Assembly (NCBI RefSeq): GCF_019464535.1
Contig: NZ_CP080507.1
Coordinates: 1,710,001 to 1,742,000 of the forward strand
Length of the DNA stretch: 32,000 nucleotides
DNA from: Horticoccus luteus
GTDB lineage: Bacteria; Verrucomicrobiota; Verrucomicrobiia; Opitutales; Opitutaceae
Direction: 5' to 3'
Shown here: positions 8,136-18,350 of the stretch, piece after piece
Position numbering within the stretch: the stretch's first letter is position 1
Layout of the letters: each line of letters opens with the position of its first letter
Position numbers and translations under genes: made by a program
The notes under the pieces: model-generated
What the model saw: the letters and a program-made list of their open reading frames with translations, nothing else
What the model was told of the DNA's origin: nothing
The model's database searches: none

Positions 8136-10541
8136 TCAGCGCAGCAGCGCTTGCAGATCGGAGAGCGACAGGTTGGCCGCCGCCGCGTCTGAGGCCTCGA
8201 AAACGCCGGCGAGCAACGCTCGCTTTTCCGCCTGCAGCGCGAGGACCTTTTCTTCGACCGTGCCGCTGCAAATCAGTTTGTAACTCGTGACGGTGCGCGT
8301 CTGACCGATGCGATGCGCGCGGTCAGTGGCCTGCGCTTCGACGGCGGGATTCCACCACGGATCGAAATGAACAACCGTGTCTGCGCCCGTGAGGTTGAGG
8401 CCAGTGCCACCCGCCTTCAGCGAGAGGAGAAACAACGGAATTTCAGGCGAGTTTTGGAAGCGATCCACCTGTGCCTGGCGTTGCCGCGGAGACATCGCGC
8501 CATCGAGGTAACAGTGGTCGAGGCCGAGTTGATCCAGTTCGGCGCGCAGTAATGCGAGCAACGAGGTGAATTGCGAGAAGACGAGCACGCGATGGCCGTC
8601 GTCGACCGCTTCGGCGAGCAACTCGCGCCAAGCCTCAAGCTTGGCTGATTCGCGAAACGTGGCCGCGTCGGCGTCAGCTTCGACGGGACGGAGCAACCGC
8701 GGATCGCAGCAGATTTGCCGCAGCCGAAGCAGCTGGGTGAGCGTGGCGAGGCGAAGCCGGCCCTCGTTGGCGCCACTGGCCTGAAGGTCGATCAACTCGC
8801 GTTCAGACTGCTCCTGCGTGTCGCGGTAGAGGCGAGCTTGGGCGGGGGTGAGATCGCACCAAATGGTTTGCTCGATCTTGTCCGGTAGTTCGGGAGCGAC
8901 GGCGCGCTTGGTGCGGCGAAGGATATAAGGCGCCGTGCGGGCGCGCAGGCGTTCGTTGATCCAGGCGCGTTCCTCGGGCCGCAGGTCGGGCGGGGGAGCG
9001 TCGATAAAACCCGGCATGAGGAACTCAAAGAGCGAACGCAAATCGTCGAGCGAGTTTTCCAGCGGCGTGCCGGTGAGGAGGAAGCGACCGCGGGCGCGGA
9101 GGGCGCGGAGAGCCCGGGCGTTTTGCGAGCGCCGGTTTTTGATGTGCTGCGCTTCGTCGGCCACGACACAACTGAAGTCGATCGCTTCGAAAATGCCGCG
9201 ATCGCGAGCCAAGGTGCCATAGCTGGTGATAACCAAATCGTGGCGGCCGAATTCGTCGGGGGACGTCAGGCGCTGGTCACCGTGATGGACAAACGTGCGA
9301 AGCGCGGAGGCGAAGCGCGCGGTCTCGCGGCGCCAGTTTTCCAAGAGCGAAGCCGGGCAGGTCACGAGGGCTGGTGCGCGGGCGGAGTCGGCCCTGGTCT
9401 GGAGCGCACTTAGAAGTCCCAAAGCCTGGAGGGTCTTGCCCAACCCCATTTCGTCGGCCAGCACGCCGCCGAGGCCATGTGTGTGGAGATGCCACAACCA
9501 GGCGACGCCGAGGCGTTGATACGGGCGCAACTGCTCGCGCAACGCGGCGGGGATCGGTGCGGGTGCGAGCGTGGCGAGATTGCGGAGCGCTTCGCTTCTT
9601 CGCTGCCAGGCTGCGGGCGGTTGAAAATGCGGCGCGATTTCTTCCAGCAGTGCGGTGGTTTCGGCGAGCCGGGCAGTGCTCACGCGATGCGCGCGGCGCA
9701 CGCTGGAGGCGCCTCGGCCGGGCGGCTCACCGCCGAGGGCGCTTTGGGCGCGGTCGAGACGTTGCAACGTCGCCGGATCGAAAAGGTAAACTTTGCCGCC
9801 GGTTTCCACGTAACCGCGATTGGAAGCGACGGCGTTGCGCATCGCGGCGTCGTCCGCCTGCCCGGCGCGCAGGCCCAGTGTGAGCGTGAATCCGGTGTGC
9901 GTTTCCACGGCATCGCAGGCCACTTCGGCGAGCTGGATGTTGGAGGTCAGCCGGTCGAATTGAGTGGTCGTTTCAACATCCTGCCGACGCAACGCAGTGA
10001 GATGGGCTGCCAGGAAATTCAGCGTCTTGTGTCGATCGCGCAGCCACCACTTGCGGTTTGATGGCTCCAGCGAAAATCCGGACGTTTTGAGCAGGTCCAG
10101 CCACTCGGCGTAGTGCGGGTGCTCGCGGGAGGGGAGCGTGATCGCCAAATAATGCTCGCTGCCGTCGATGATCAGCGGCGGGAGTTCGCGCGACGCTGGC
10201 CGAGGCGGCCGCGATGAGGCGGGGGCGATAGGAACGGACGAGGCAGGGGAAGCGGGCGCGGCGGGTTCCGCGAGGAGGTCATCGCGGGTCCAGGGGCTGG
10301 CGCGGCCGTTTTCGATGAAAAAGGGTTGGGCCTGCGCCGCGGCGGCGAGTTCGCGCAACTGCCGCCGCGTGAGTTGAATGAACTTTGGAGGTGTGGCCGC
10401 CGCGGACCAGCGTTGCAGCAAGGCCAGGACGGGAAATTCCGTGGGAGCGGGCGCTGACGTGAGATCGACCTCGACGCGTAGCGGGATCGCATCGCGCCCA
10501 GCCGCGGCCACGAGGTTGGGCGGGAGATGAAAGCGGACCAT
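8136..10541 (-). CDS. SNF2-family DNA/RNA-dependent ATPase (helicase-like) with an N-terminal extension of about 330 aa
   Basis: LRPYQRLGVAWL, motif I DEMGLGKT, motif II DEAQHIKN, LLTGTPLEN, motif VI QATDRAHRIGQ. ATG at 10541. The N-terminal third has no motif I can name apart from a Pro/Ala/Ser linker. Confidence 0.9.
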   Translation of the reverse strand: MVRFHLPPNLVAAAGRDAIPLRVEVDLTSAPAPTEFPVLALLQRWSAAATPPKFIQLTRRQLRELAAAAQAQPFFIENGRASPWTRDDLLAEPAAPASPASSVPIAPASSRPPRPASRELPPLIIDGSEHYLAITLPSREHPHYAEWLDLLKTSGFSLEPSNRKWWLRDRHKTLNFLAAHLTALRRQDVETTTQFDRLTSNIQLAEVACDAVETHTGFTLTLGLRAGQADDAAMRNAVASNRGYVETGGKVYLFDPATLQRLDRAQSALGGEPPGRGASSVRRAHRVSTARLAETTALLEEIAPHFQPPAAWQRRSEALRNLATLAPAPIPAALREQLRPYQRLGVAWLWHLHTHGLGGVLADEMGLGKTLQALGLLSALQTRADSARAPALVTCPASLLENWRRETARFASALRTFVHHGDQRLTSPDEFGRHDLVITSYGTLARDRGIFEAIDFSCVVADEAQHIKNRRSQNARALRALRARGRFLLTGTPLENSLDDLRSLFEFLMPGFIDAPPPDLRPEERAWINERLRARTAPYILRRTKRAVAPELPDKIEQTIWCDLTPAQARLYRDTQEQSERELIDLQASGANEGRLRLATLTQLLRLRQICCDPRLLRPVEADADAATFRESAKLEAWRELLAEAVDDGHRVLVFSQFTSLLALLRAELDQLGLDHCYLDGAMSPRQRQAQVDRFQNSPEIPLFLLSLKAGGTGLNLTGADTVVHFDPWWNPAVEAQATDRAHRIGQTRTVTSYKLICSGTVEEKVLALQAEKRALLAGVFEASDAAAANLSLSDLQALLR

Positions 10542-10593
10542 GAACGGACGATGCGACGCCGGCGGATCCGCTCAACGCAAGCGCAGGTGCGCT

Positions 10594-11592
10594 TCAGTAA
10601 TGCTTCACGTAGCCGTTGCGGCGGAGGCGCTCGAGCCAGCGTTCTTCACTGACGCGACTCATCTGGGTGATGAGCATGTTTTCGATTTGATCGCGCACTT
10701 CGTCGATCGGCTGGACGCCGGCATATTTGCGATCTTCGACGTAAAGAATGAAGCAGCCCTCGGGCGTGATGATGGGAGCGGTGCATTCGCCTTTTTTCAG
10801 CGCGAAGAGCGGTTCGCTGAACTCGCTCTTGAGGTCGGTGCGTTTTTGCCAGCCCCAGTCGCCGCCTTTCGAGCGGCGGGAATCCTGGCTGTATTCGCGG
10901 GCGAGGTCTTCGAATTTCTCTCCGTCGTGGAACCGGTTGAGGACTTCGGTGGCCTTCGCCTTGAGCTCCAGATCGCTTTCGCCATTGGCGCGTGAGAATT
11001 GGATTAAGCGGAGGCGGACAGAATCATCCTGGTAAAAACGGTCCTTGTTTTCTTTGTAAAAGGTTTCGATTCGCACAGGGCTGACGATGCTCTGCGACTT
11101 CCGCTGCTGGCTCTGCATGTAGCGGTAGATGATGTCTTCTTCGACTTCCTTCCGGTAGTCGCGAAGCGTCATGCCGCGTGACCGCAGATAGCCGAGAAAT
11201 TTGGAGCGATCGTTGTCGAACTGCTCAACCTGGATGTCGGCGATGCGATTATCGATGAAGCTTTCCGGAATGTGCTTTTTGTCGTCCTTGCGGAACTCTT
11301 TCACGATCAGAACGCGATCGATGAGCTGTTGGATGACGTCGTCCTGCAACGACTCGAGGCGTTCGTTGAACTCCTTCTCGTTGCGCGATTCCCGCTGGAT
11401 CTGCGGGATGAGGGGGGCGATTTCGCGGCGGACGTCGTCCACGGTGATCACCTTGTCTTCAGCGATGGCGGCGATGCCGTTGGCGAAGCGCAGGTTGAGA
11501 CCGTCATTGGGCGTTTCTGAAGTGGTCTGGGCCTTAGCCGGAATCAGGAGCGCGGCCGCCAGGGCGACGAGGGCAAAACGACGGAGCATCAT
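10594..11592 (-). CDS. Periplasmic SurA-like peptidyl-prolyl isomerase (PpiC/parvulin type)
   Basis: Start chosen at the ATG overlapping the mfd stop (ATGA). This gives the signal peptide [25 protein letters not shown]-terminal parvulin region FEDLAREYSQDSRRSKGGDWGW...PEGCFILYVEDRK. Confidence 0.8.
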   Translation of the reverse strand: MMLRRFALVALAAALLIPAKAQTTSETPNDGLNLRFANGIAAIAEDKVITVDDVRREIAPLIPQIQRESRNEKEFNERLESLQDDVIQQLIDRVLIVKEFRKDDKKHIPESFIDNRIADIQVEQFDNDRSKFLGYLRSRGMTLRDYRKEVEEDIIYRYMQSQQRKSQSIVSPVRIETFYKENKDRFYQDDSVRLRLIQFSRANGESDLELKAKATEVLNRFHDGEKFEDLAREYSQDSRRSKGGDWGWQKRTDLKSEFSEPLFALKKGECTAPIITPEGCFILYVEDRKYAGVQPIDEVRDQIENMLITQMSRVSEERWLERLRRNGYVKHY

Positions 11593-14500
11593 GGATTCGG
11601 CAGATTGTTCAGAAAAGAGATAATTTCCCGCAAACGTAGAAGGGGCTTGGGGGCGGTCAACCTCGGAAACCGGGCGCCTATCTGCACCCAATCATCGCGG
11701 CGGCCGCTGTTGCGAAGACACTTCAGGCGGTTCGACTCGGTTTCGACGGAAACGATATTTTTTTGTTCCGCTCGAATGCGGATCTCGGTCATGAGAAGCA
11801 GGGCGCGCACGGGATCGCCGAACTTCCCAAAGCGATCGCGCAACTCCGCTTCGAGTTCCTTCAGGCGACGGAGGGAATCGGCGAGGGCGAGTTTGCGGTA
11901 TAAGTCGATGCGCAGCCGCGTCTCCGCGATGTAGTCAGTGGGGATCCGCGCGGCTATCCGCTCGATCTCGCCGCCCGAAAGCTCCGCGTCTTTAAGCGCG
12001 GTGAACCCATCCTGCGGGCGCCGTTTGGCGGCGTCTTCGCCGGCACCTTCGCCCACAAAGACGAAATCGAGTTTTACGTTGGCGCGAATGGCGGCGGCCG
12101 CCTTGTCGCCGCGCAGCCGGGCGACGGACTGGCGGAGAAGTTGGCAGTAAAGTTCGAAACCGACGCCCACGATGTGCCCGCTTTGCTCCGAGCCGAGGAG
12201 ATTGCCCGCGCCACGAAGTTCGAGATCGCGCATGGCGATGCGAAAGCCGGCGCCGAGCTGGTTATGCTGCCGCATGGCCGTGAGCCGCTGGCGGGCCACT
12301 TCCAGCAAGTGCGTATGGCGATGGAGGAGGAGATAAGCGTAAGCCTGGTGTTTGAAACGTCCGACGCGGCCGCGCAGTTGGTAAAGTTGCGAGAGACCAA
12401 AGCGGTCCGCGCCTTCGATGATGATCGTGTTGCTGTTGGGGATATCGAGGCCGCTCTCGATAATGGTCGTCGAGACGAGGACGTGGTATTTGCCGGCCAC
12501 GAAATCGGTCATCACGCGTTCGAGCTCGTCGGCGTGCATCTGCCCGTGACCGACGCCGATGGACAAGTCGGGCAGCAATTCGCGGAGCCGGGCCGCGACG
12601 AGGTCGATCGTCATCACGCGGTTGTGCAGATAGAACACCTGGCCGCCGCGGCGAACCTCGTAGCGCACCGCATCGATCACGATTTTTTCATCGTAGGTTT
12701 TGACGATCGTCTGGATAGGATGGCGGTTGGTGGGGGCCGTTTCGATGACGCTGAGGTCGCGCGCGCCCGTAAGGGCGAGGTAAAGCGTGCGGGGAATCGG
12801 CGTGGCACTCATCGACAGGACGTCGACGGTTTCGCGCATGTGCTTGAAGACCTCCTTGTGCTTCACGCCGAAGCGCTGCTCTTCATCGATGACGACGAGG
12901 CCGAGCTCTTTGAAGACAACGTCTTTTTGCAGAAGCCGGTGAGTGCCGATGAGGATGTCGGCCTGTCCGGCGGCGACGGCTGCGAGGACTTTTTTCTGTT
13001 CTCCCCGCGACCGGAAACGGCTGATCATTTCGACCGCGATGGGGTAGCCGGCCATGCGTTCGCGAAACGTATTCAGGTGTTGCTGGGCGAGCACCGTCGT
13101 AGGCACAAGCACCGCCACCTGCCGCCCGCCCTGCACCGCTTTGAACGCCGCGCGAATCGCGACTTCCGTCTTGCCGAATCCGACGTCGCCGCAAATGAGC
13201 CGATCCATGGGGCGCGTTCGCTCCATGTCGTTTTTCGCTTCGCCGATGGCGCGGAGTTGATCAGGCGTTTCGGTGAACGGAAAGGAAGCTTCGAATTCCT
13301 TCTGCCAGGTGGTGTCGGAGGGAAACGCGAAACCGGGCTGCGCCTCGCGCTTGGCTTGGAGTTGAAGGAGCTCCGCCGCGAGATCGATCGTGGAGCGCTC
13401 CGCAGCCTGCCGGGCTTTTTCCCAGCGTCCGGAGCCGATGCGGCCGAGCTGCGGTTTGGCTTTGCTCAGGCCGACATAGCGGCTGATGAGGTGCGACTCC
13501 TGCAGGGGCACATGCAGCGTCACGTGATCGTCGAATTCCAGCGAGATCACTTCACGCATTCCCTGGGCGGTGTCGAGCTGAGTGAGGCCGCGGAAAAGCG
13601 CGATGCCGTGCTGCAGGTGCACGACGAAATCGCCTTCCACGAGCTCCGAGAAATCGAGCAACTGGTCGACTTGGGCGCGCTGGACGGTGGCGCGGGCGTT
13701 GAGCGCCGGGCGACGTTGACGCTGGCGGCCGAAGATTTCCGTTTCGGTGACGACCACCAGCCCGGCGGGTGGGGCGGCCTTGCGTTTGCGGGCGGAGGTT
13801 TCGGAGACGAGGCCGGCGAGCGCGGTGGGCTGAGGGGCGTTCTCGTGGAATGTGACGCGAAAGCCCTCGTTCAGCGCGCCGCGGAGGAAGCGCGGCTGGA
13901 GAGGTTTGAGCTGGGGATCTGCGGCGAGGATTTCGCGGGTGCGTTGTTCTTCGCCTTCCTTGGACACCACAAAAAGCACGGTGAACTTTTGGCGGTGCCA
14001 CTCGGCGACTTGCCGTAGGAAACGCGCGCGCGCGTCTTCTTCGACCATCAGCCGTTCCTGCGCCACCAGCGAGTCCTCGGGATAGGTGCGATGATGCGAG
14101 AGGCTTTCGGTATCCCAGGTTATTTCCTCGGCATCATCGGGGAGAAAGGCGTTGGCTTCGTCGATGTCGCTGAGCCCGAAGCAAGACGCACATTTGGCCA
14201 AGAGGGCCGAAAAATGCGCGGGCGCGCCCGCGCGGGATTGGGCGCTGAAGTCGGCTTCGAGTGACGCAGGCTCGATCAACGCGAGTCGCGCCGCAGACGA
14301 AAGGTAGTCGGCGAGACCAGTCAGCGACGGATCGAGCCGCACGCGCGACGACGCGGATAACGTAATGGTCGTGACGGTGCCCGTGGAGCGCTGCGTGGCA
14401 GGATCGAAGGTGTGAATCGCCTCAATCTCATCGCCGAAGAAATCGAGCCGATAAGGCTGATTGGCGGTGACGGGATAGACGTCGATGATGCCACCGCGCA

Positions 14501-15011
14501 CCGCGTACTGTCCCGGCGCTTCGCACACGGCTTCGGAGTCGTAATCAAGTTCCTGCAGGCGGGAGAGCAGGCCTTGAAAGGGCTGCGACTGACCTTGCGT
14601 AAGCGTGAGCTCGGCGGTCGAAAAGGCTTCGAGCGCCGGCACGGATTGGAGCAAGGCCGCGGGAGTGGAGACGACCACCAACGTTTCGGCGGCGGAATTT
14701 GTGCCCCGCAGAGCGCGCAACTTGCTCAACACGGTCAGTCGGTCATTGGAGGCGGCGAACGCTTCGCGCATGTCGCGGCTGTCGGCGAGCGATTCAGGAA
14801 ATACGAGGGCGGAAAGTGGCGGAGCGTCCGCCGCCGCGCGGCGGAAGAGTGCGATGTCTTCGGCGAGTTGTTCCGCCTGTCGCAAGTCTCCGGTGACGAC
14901 GAGCCAGACGGGCGCGGGGTGCATCCGCGTGAGCGCCTCCGCCACGGCACCCCGCGCCGCCGCGCAGATGCCAGAAATCTTGAAGCGAGACGCAGAGGAC
15001 ACCGTCGACAT
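11589..15011 (-). CDS. mfd: Transcription-repair coupling factor Mfd
   Basis: Walker [15 protein letters not shown] box (VIDEEQRFG), [15 protein letters not shown]. The UvrB-homology N-terminus aligns best from the ATG at 15011 ([21 protein letters not shown]). The ORF-track start at 15053 is a TTG and remains possible. Confidence 0.93.
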
Positions 15012-15083
15012 GCTGATGGTTGAACTAGGAATTGAAGTCGGCGTGCGACGCAAATTGCCCGACCGCTCAGCGGGTGAGCGTGG

Positions 15084-15779
15084 CTACGGCAGGCGGTCGA
15101 GAGTGAGGAGCGCCGCGGCCGCCGCCGCCGCCTCCGCGGCTTTCTTGGAGCTTCCGCGGCCCGTGCCGAGCTCCTGGCCGTGCAACGAAACCGTCACCTC
15201 AAATGCACGCGCGTGATCGGCCCCTTCCGTACGGACGACTTCATAATGAAGGGCGTTGTTGCCATGTTCGGGTTGCACGCGTTCCTGCAATCGGCCCTTC
15301 GGATTGTCGACGGTCATGGTGCTGGCCAAGCGTCGCTCAAGCGGCCCGTAGAGACCAAGGACGACCCGGCGGGTTTCTTCGAGTCCAGCATCAAGAAAGA
15401 TTGCCGCGACGAGCGCTTCGAACGCGTCTTCCAAAGCGGCGGATTTGTGCCGACCGCCGGTGGACTCTTCGCTGGCGCTGAGGTGGAGCGCGGCGTCGAG
15501 TCCGATCTCAAGGGCGAGTTGACTGAGGAAGCGGCCCTCGATGAGGCGCTTCCGACGTTGCGTGAGATCACCTTCGCGAGCGGTGGTGTCCGCGTGGAAA
15601 ATCGCCTCGGCGATGATGAGATCAAGGACGGCATCGCCGAGAAATTCGAGCCGTTGGTTGCTGTCGGCGGCTTCGGGATGGTCCTGTAACCAGGACGGAT
15701 GAGTGAGCGCACGCTCCAGCAAGTCGACGTTGCGAAAGGTGTAGCCGATGCGTCGTTGGAAAGAAAGGGCGGTGCTCAT
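15084..15779 (-). CDS. rnc: Ribonuclease III
   Basis: ATG at 15779 overlaps the upstream permease stop (ATGA). RNase III signature NQRLEFLGDAVLDL and a C-terminal dsRBD. The 339-aa ORF-track version overlaps the permease gene and is rejected. Confidence 0.92.
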   Translation of the reverse strand: MSTALSFQRRIGYTFRNVDLLERALTHPSWLQDHPEAADSNQRLEFLGDAVLDLIIAEAIFHADTTAREGDLTQRRKRLIEGRFLSQLALEIGLDAALHLSASEESTGGRHKSAALEDAFEALVAAIFLDAGLEETRRVVLGLYGPLERRLASTMTVDNPKGRLQERVQPEHGNNALHYEVVRTEGADHARAFEVTVSLHGQELGTGRGSSKKAAEAAAAAAALLTLDRLP

Positions 15780-16564
15780 GAGCTGGCGCTGGAATAGCGG
15801 CGGATGCCACGTTGGAAAACCCAGATCGCGATCACGAACCAGATCGCAGCCACGGCGACGAGCCAGACGGCGTCGTGCCATGCGAAGCCGTGCAGCAACG
15901 TGCGGGCGGGGGCGTTGGTGATGATCACGGTTGGCAACAGCCAGACGAAAACCACGTTGGCGGCACCCCGGAAGGCCTCGCGTGGCAGGCGGGAAAATTC
16001 GGCCAAGGTGAAATAGCTTCCTTCGACGCCTTGGGCGTTGGTGATCCAGAACGAAAGCGATACGCAGAGAACGAGGATGCTGTAATGCACGACAAGCCCG
16101 CACAACACGAGCAGGGCATAGAGCGCGATTTGGGCGAAGGAAGGATGCAGGCCCAACTGGTGCGCCGAATAACCGACGACACCGATCGCGACGCAGAGGT
16201 TGACGAGACTGTCGGGATCGAGCTTGCGGGTCGACGCCATGAACAGGGGGTTACCCGGTTGCGCGAGAAAGAAGTCAAAGCCGCCGCTGCGCACGTTGCG
16301 GCCCAGCTCGAACAAGCTGCTCCAAAACAGTCCCATCAGCAGGCGTTGAATCAGGAGCGAAGTGCCGACGAGGAGCAGCATCTCGTATTTAGACCAGCCG
16401 GCGACGGAATCGGTATGCGAATAGATGACGGAGATCAGGAGCAGGTTGACCGCGATCCAGAAAAACTCGACCAGCGCCCACATCAAAAAGTCGAAACGAA
16501 ACATCATCGAGCGCACGACGGCGTAGCGCGCGCTGGCGGCCCAGATTTGGAGATAGCGCCACAT
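15776..16564 (-). CDS. ABC-2 family transporter permease (DUF990/ABC2_membrane_6-like, COG3694-type)
   Basis: 262 aa and polytopic. The N-terminus MWRYLQIWAASARYAVVRSMMFRFDFLMWALVEFFW resembles the uncharacterised ABC-2 permease family as I recall it. Paired with a paralogue 4 nt upstream. Confidence 0.75.
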   Translation of the reverse strand: MWRYLQIWAASARYAVVRSMMFRFDFLMWALVEFFWIAVNLLLISVIYSHTDSVAGWSKYEMLLLVGTSLLIQRLLMGLFWSSLFELGRNVRSGGFDFFLAQPGNPLFMASTRKLDPDSLVNLCVAIGVVGYSAHQLGLHPSFAQIALYALLVLCGLVVHYSILVLCVSLSFWITNAQGVEGSYFTLAEFSRLPREAFRGAANVVFVWLLPTVIITNAPARTLLHGFAWHDAVWLVAVAAIWFVIAIWVFQRGIRRYSSASS

Positions 16565-16568
16565 CGGT

Positions 16569-17378
16569 TCAGCCGCCCACGGCGGTGTGACGGCGCAAAC
16601 CCCGGCGCCACAGGAATTGGTTGAACGCGAGCAGCACCACCACCCAGGCCGATTGGATCAGCAGTCCCTGGCACGTGGCGGCGAAGTCCAAGCGGCCGGT
16701 GAGCACGGCGACGGGAAAATACATTTGATAAAAGTAAGGCAGAAACTGCGAGATGCGGAAGAGCGCCGGCGGCATCAAATCCAGAGGGAACACCTGCCCG
16801 CCAAGCAACGATTCCACGGCCATCGAGAGGATGACGAAAGACTGGATTTCCAGAAACCAAAACGTCAGCAGCCCGAAGCAGAACGCGATGCTGAACTGGA
16901 TCACCGCGGAGAGCAGCATTGCCACGGCGCCGAGCCCGAAGCGCCACAACTCATGCGGCAAAGCCAGGTGGGCATGCAGCCACGGCAGCGCCACCACGAG
17001 GGGAATCAAGACAAGCAGACCGGAAACAAGCCGGGCCGCGACGAAGATGCTGAACCGATAGAGGAAATAGTTGATGGGCTTGAGCAGGAACTGATTGATG
17101 AGCCCGTTGCGGATTTCTTCGCTGATTTGATAATCTTCGTTGAAGGCACTGATGAAAAACTGAAGCACGAGCATCGCGACGAAGTAAGTGATCGTCTGGT
17201 CCAGGCTGAAGCCGCCGATCATGCCGTTGCCCTGATAGGCCGCGCCCCACAGGATGAACACCACCGCGAGGTGGAAAAACGAAAAGAATCCGCGGAGCGC
17301 AAAATTCCATCGATAGACGAGATTGCTCTGCATCCCGACGAGGAAGGCTTGGCGGTATTTGACCAGCGCAGCGATCAT
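16569..17378 (-). CDS. ABC-2 family transporter permease (COG4587-type)
   Basis: 269 aa and polytopic. KYRQAFLVGMQSNLVYRWNFALRGFFSFFHLAVVFILW resembles the same family. ATG at 17378. Confidence 0.75.
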   Translation of the reverse strand: MIAALVKYRQAFLVGMQSNLVYRWNFALRGFFSFFHLAVVFILWGAAYQGNGMIGGFSLDQTITYFVAMLVLQFFISAFNEDYQISEEIRNGLINQFLLKPINYFLYRFSIFVAARLVSGLLVLIPLVVALPWLHAHLALPHELWRFGLGAVAMLLSAVIQFSIAFCFGLLTFWFLEIQSFVILSMAVESLLGGQVFPLDLMPPALFRISQFLPYFYQMYFPVAVLTGRLDFAATCQGLLIQSAWVVVLLAFNQFLWRRGLRRHTAVGG

Positions 17379-17427
17379 CGGCGAAGTTAGGAGCGGCAGA
17401 CGGTGCAGCAGCGGGCGCGCTGCGGTC

Positions 17428-18210
17428 TCACGCGTGGAGTTTGAACCGTTCGATGAGTTCCTTGGCGAGATTCCGGTAGGCCGTCGCGCCCGGGCTCAGC
17501 GGGTCGTAAGCAAAGATGGTCTGGCCGAAGCTCGGCGCTTCGCTGAGGCGCACCGTGCGCGGAATGACCGTGGAAAAAATTTTGTCCGGCAGGTGGTTTT
17601 TTACTTCGTCGACCACCTGCCGGGAGAGGCGGGTGCGAATATCGAACATGGTCATGACAACGCCGCCGAGTTCGAGGGCGCTGTTGATGTTGGCGGTTTT
17701 CAACCGTTCGACGTTGCGCAAGATCTGGCCGAGGCCTTCGAGCGCGAGATATTCGCATTGGAGCGTGATCAGGAGGTAGTCGGCCGCGGCGAGGCTGTTC
17801 ATCGACAGCATGCCGAGCGCAGGCGGACAATCGATGAGGATGACACGAAAGCGGCCCGACTCGCGCACGGACGACAACACGCCGCGCAGTTTCATCAGGT
17901 AGTTTTCCGTTTGCGCGAGTTCGATCTCGGCGGCGGCCAAATCCTCCTCGCTGGGAATGAGGGAAAGATGCGGGTAGCTGGTCGCGGTAATCATTTCCTC
18001 GGCGGTGCCGTTGTCGTGGAGCGGGCCGTAGAGGCTTCGACCCTCCTGCTTTTCAATCCCGATGGCGCTCGTGGCGTTGGCCTGTGGATCGAGGTCGACG
18101 AGCAGCGTCTCGATCTTCTTCTCGGCCAGCGCGGCGGCAAGATTCACGGCGGTCGTGGTCTTGCCGACGCCGCCCTTCTGATTTGCGATGCTGAAAACGA
18201 GGGTGCTCAT
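17428..18210 (-). CDS. parA: ParA/Soj chromosome-partitioning ATPase
   Basis: Deviant Walker A ANQKGGVGKTTTAVNLA. Also LVDLDPQANAT and IPRTVRLSEAPSFGQTIFAYDPLSPGATAYRNLAKE, a very canonical Soj pattern. 260 aa. Confidence 0.9.
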   Translation of the reverse strand: MSTLVFSIANQKGGVGKTTTAVNLAAALAEKKIETLLVDLDPQANATSAIGIEKQEGRSLYGPLHDNGTAEEMITATSYPHLSLIPSEEDLAAAEIELAQTENYLMKLRGVLSSVRESGRFRVILIDCPPALGMLSMNSLAAADYLLITLQCEYLALEGLGQILRNVERLKTANINSALELGGVVMTMFDIRTRLSRQVVDEVKNHLPDKIFSTVIPRTVRLSEAPSFGQTIFAYDPLSPGATAYRNLAKELIERFKLHA

Positions 18211-18350
18211 GCGGCCGGAGACGTTTGGTCAAGGTCCGGAGGGGCGCAAGCGTGGCCATCAAGATGGGCGCGATTGCGGGTGAGAACAGGTGGAGATTTC
18301 AGTTCTTGCGGAGCGATTTTTTTTCCTGCAACGTGCGCGGCCTTGTTGAG

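Noticed and set aside
8136-10541. SNF2 helicase as part of a DISARM/BREX/Zorya-like defence system
   Set aside because: None of the obligatory partners (methyltransferase, PLD/nuclease, DUF1998 helicase, PglZ, ZorA/B-like membrane proteins) is present. The flanks are ribF and a SurA-like PPIase/mfd, which are core genes.
12141-14018. 625-aa ORF on the + strand, antisense to mfd
   Set aside because: The composition is Arg/Ala/Gly/Asp-rich with no recognisable motifs, which is typical of a shadow ORF in GC-rich DNA. The opposite strand encodes a full-length Mfd with all helicase motifs.
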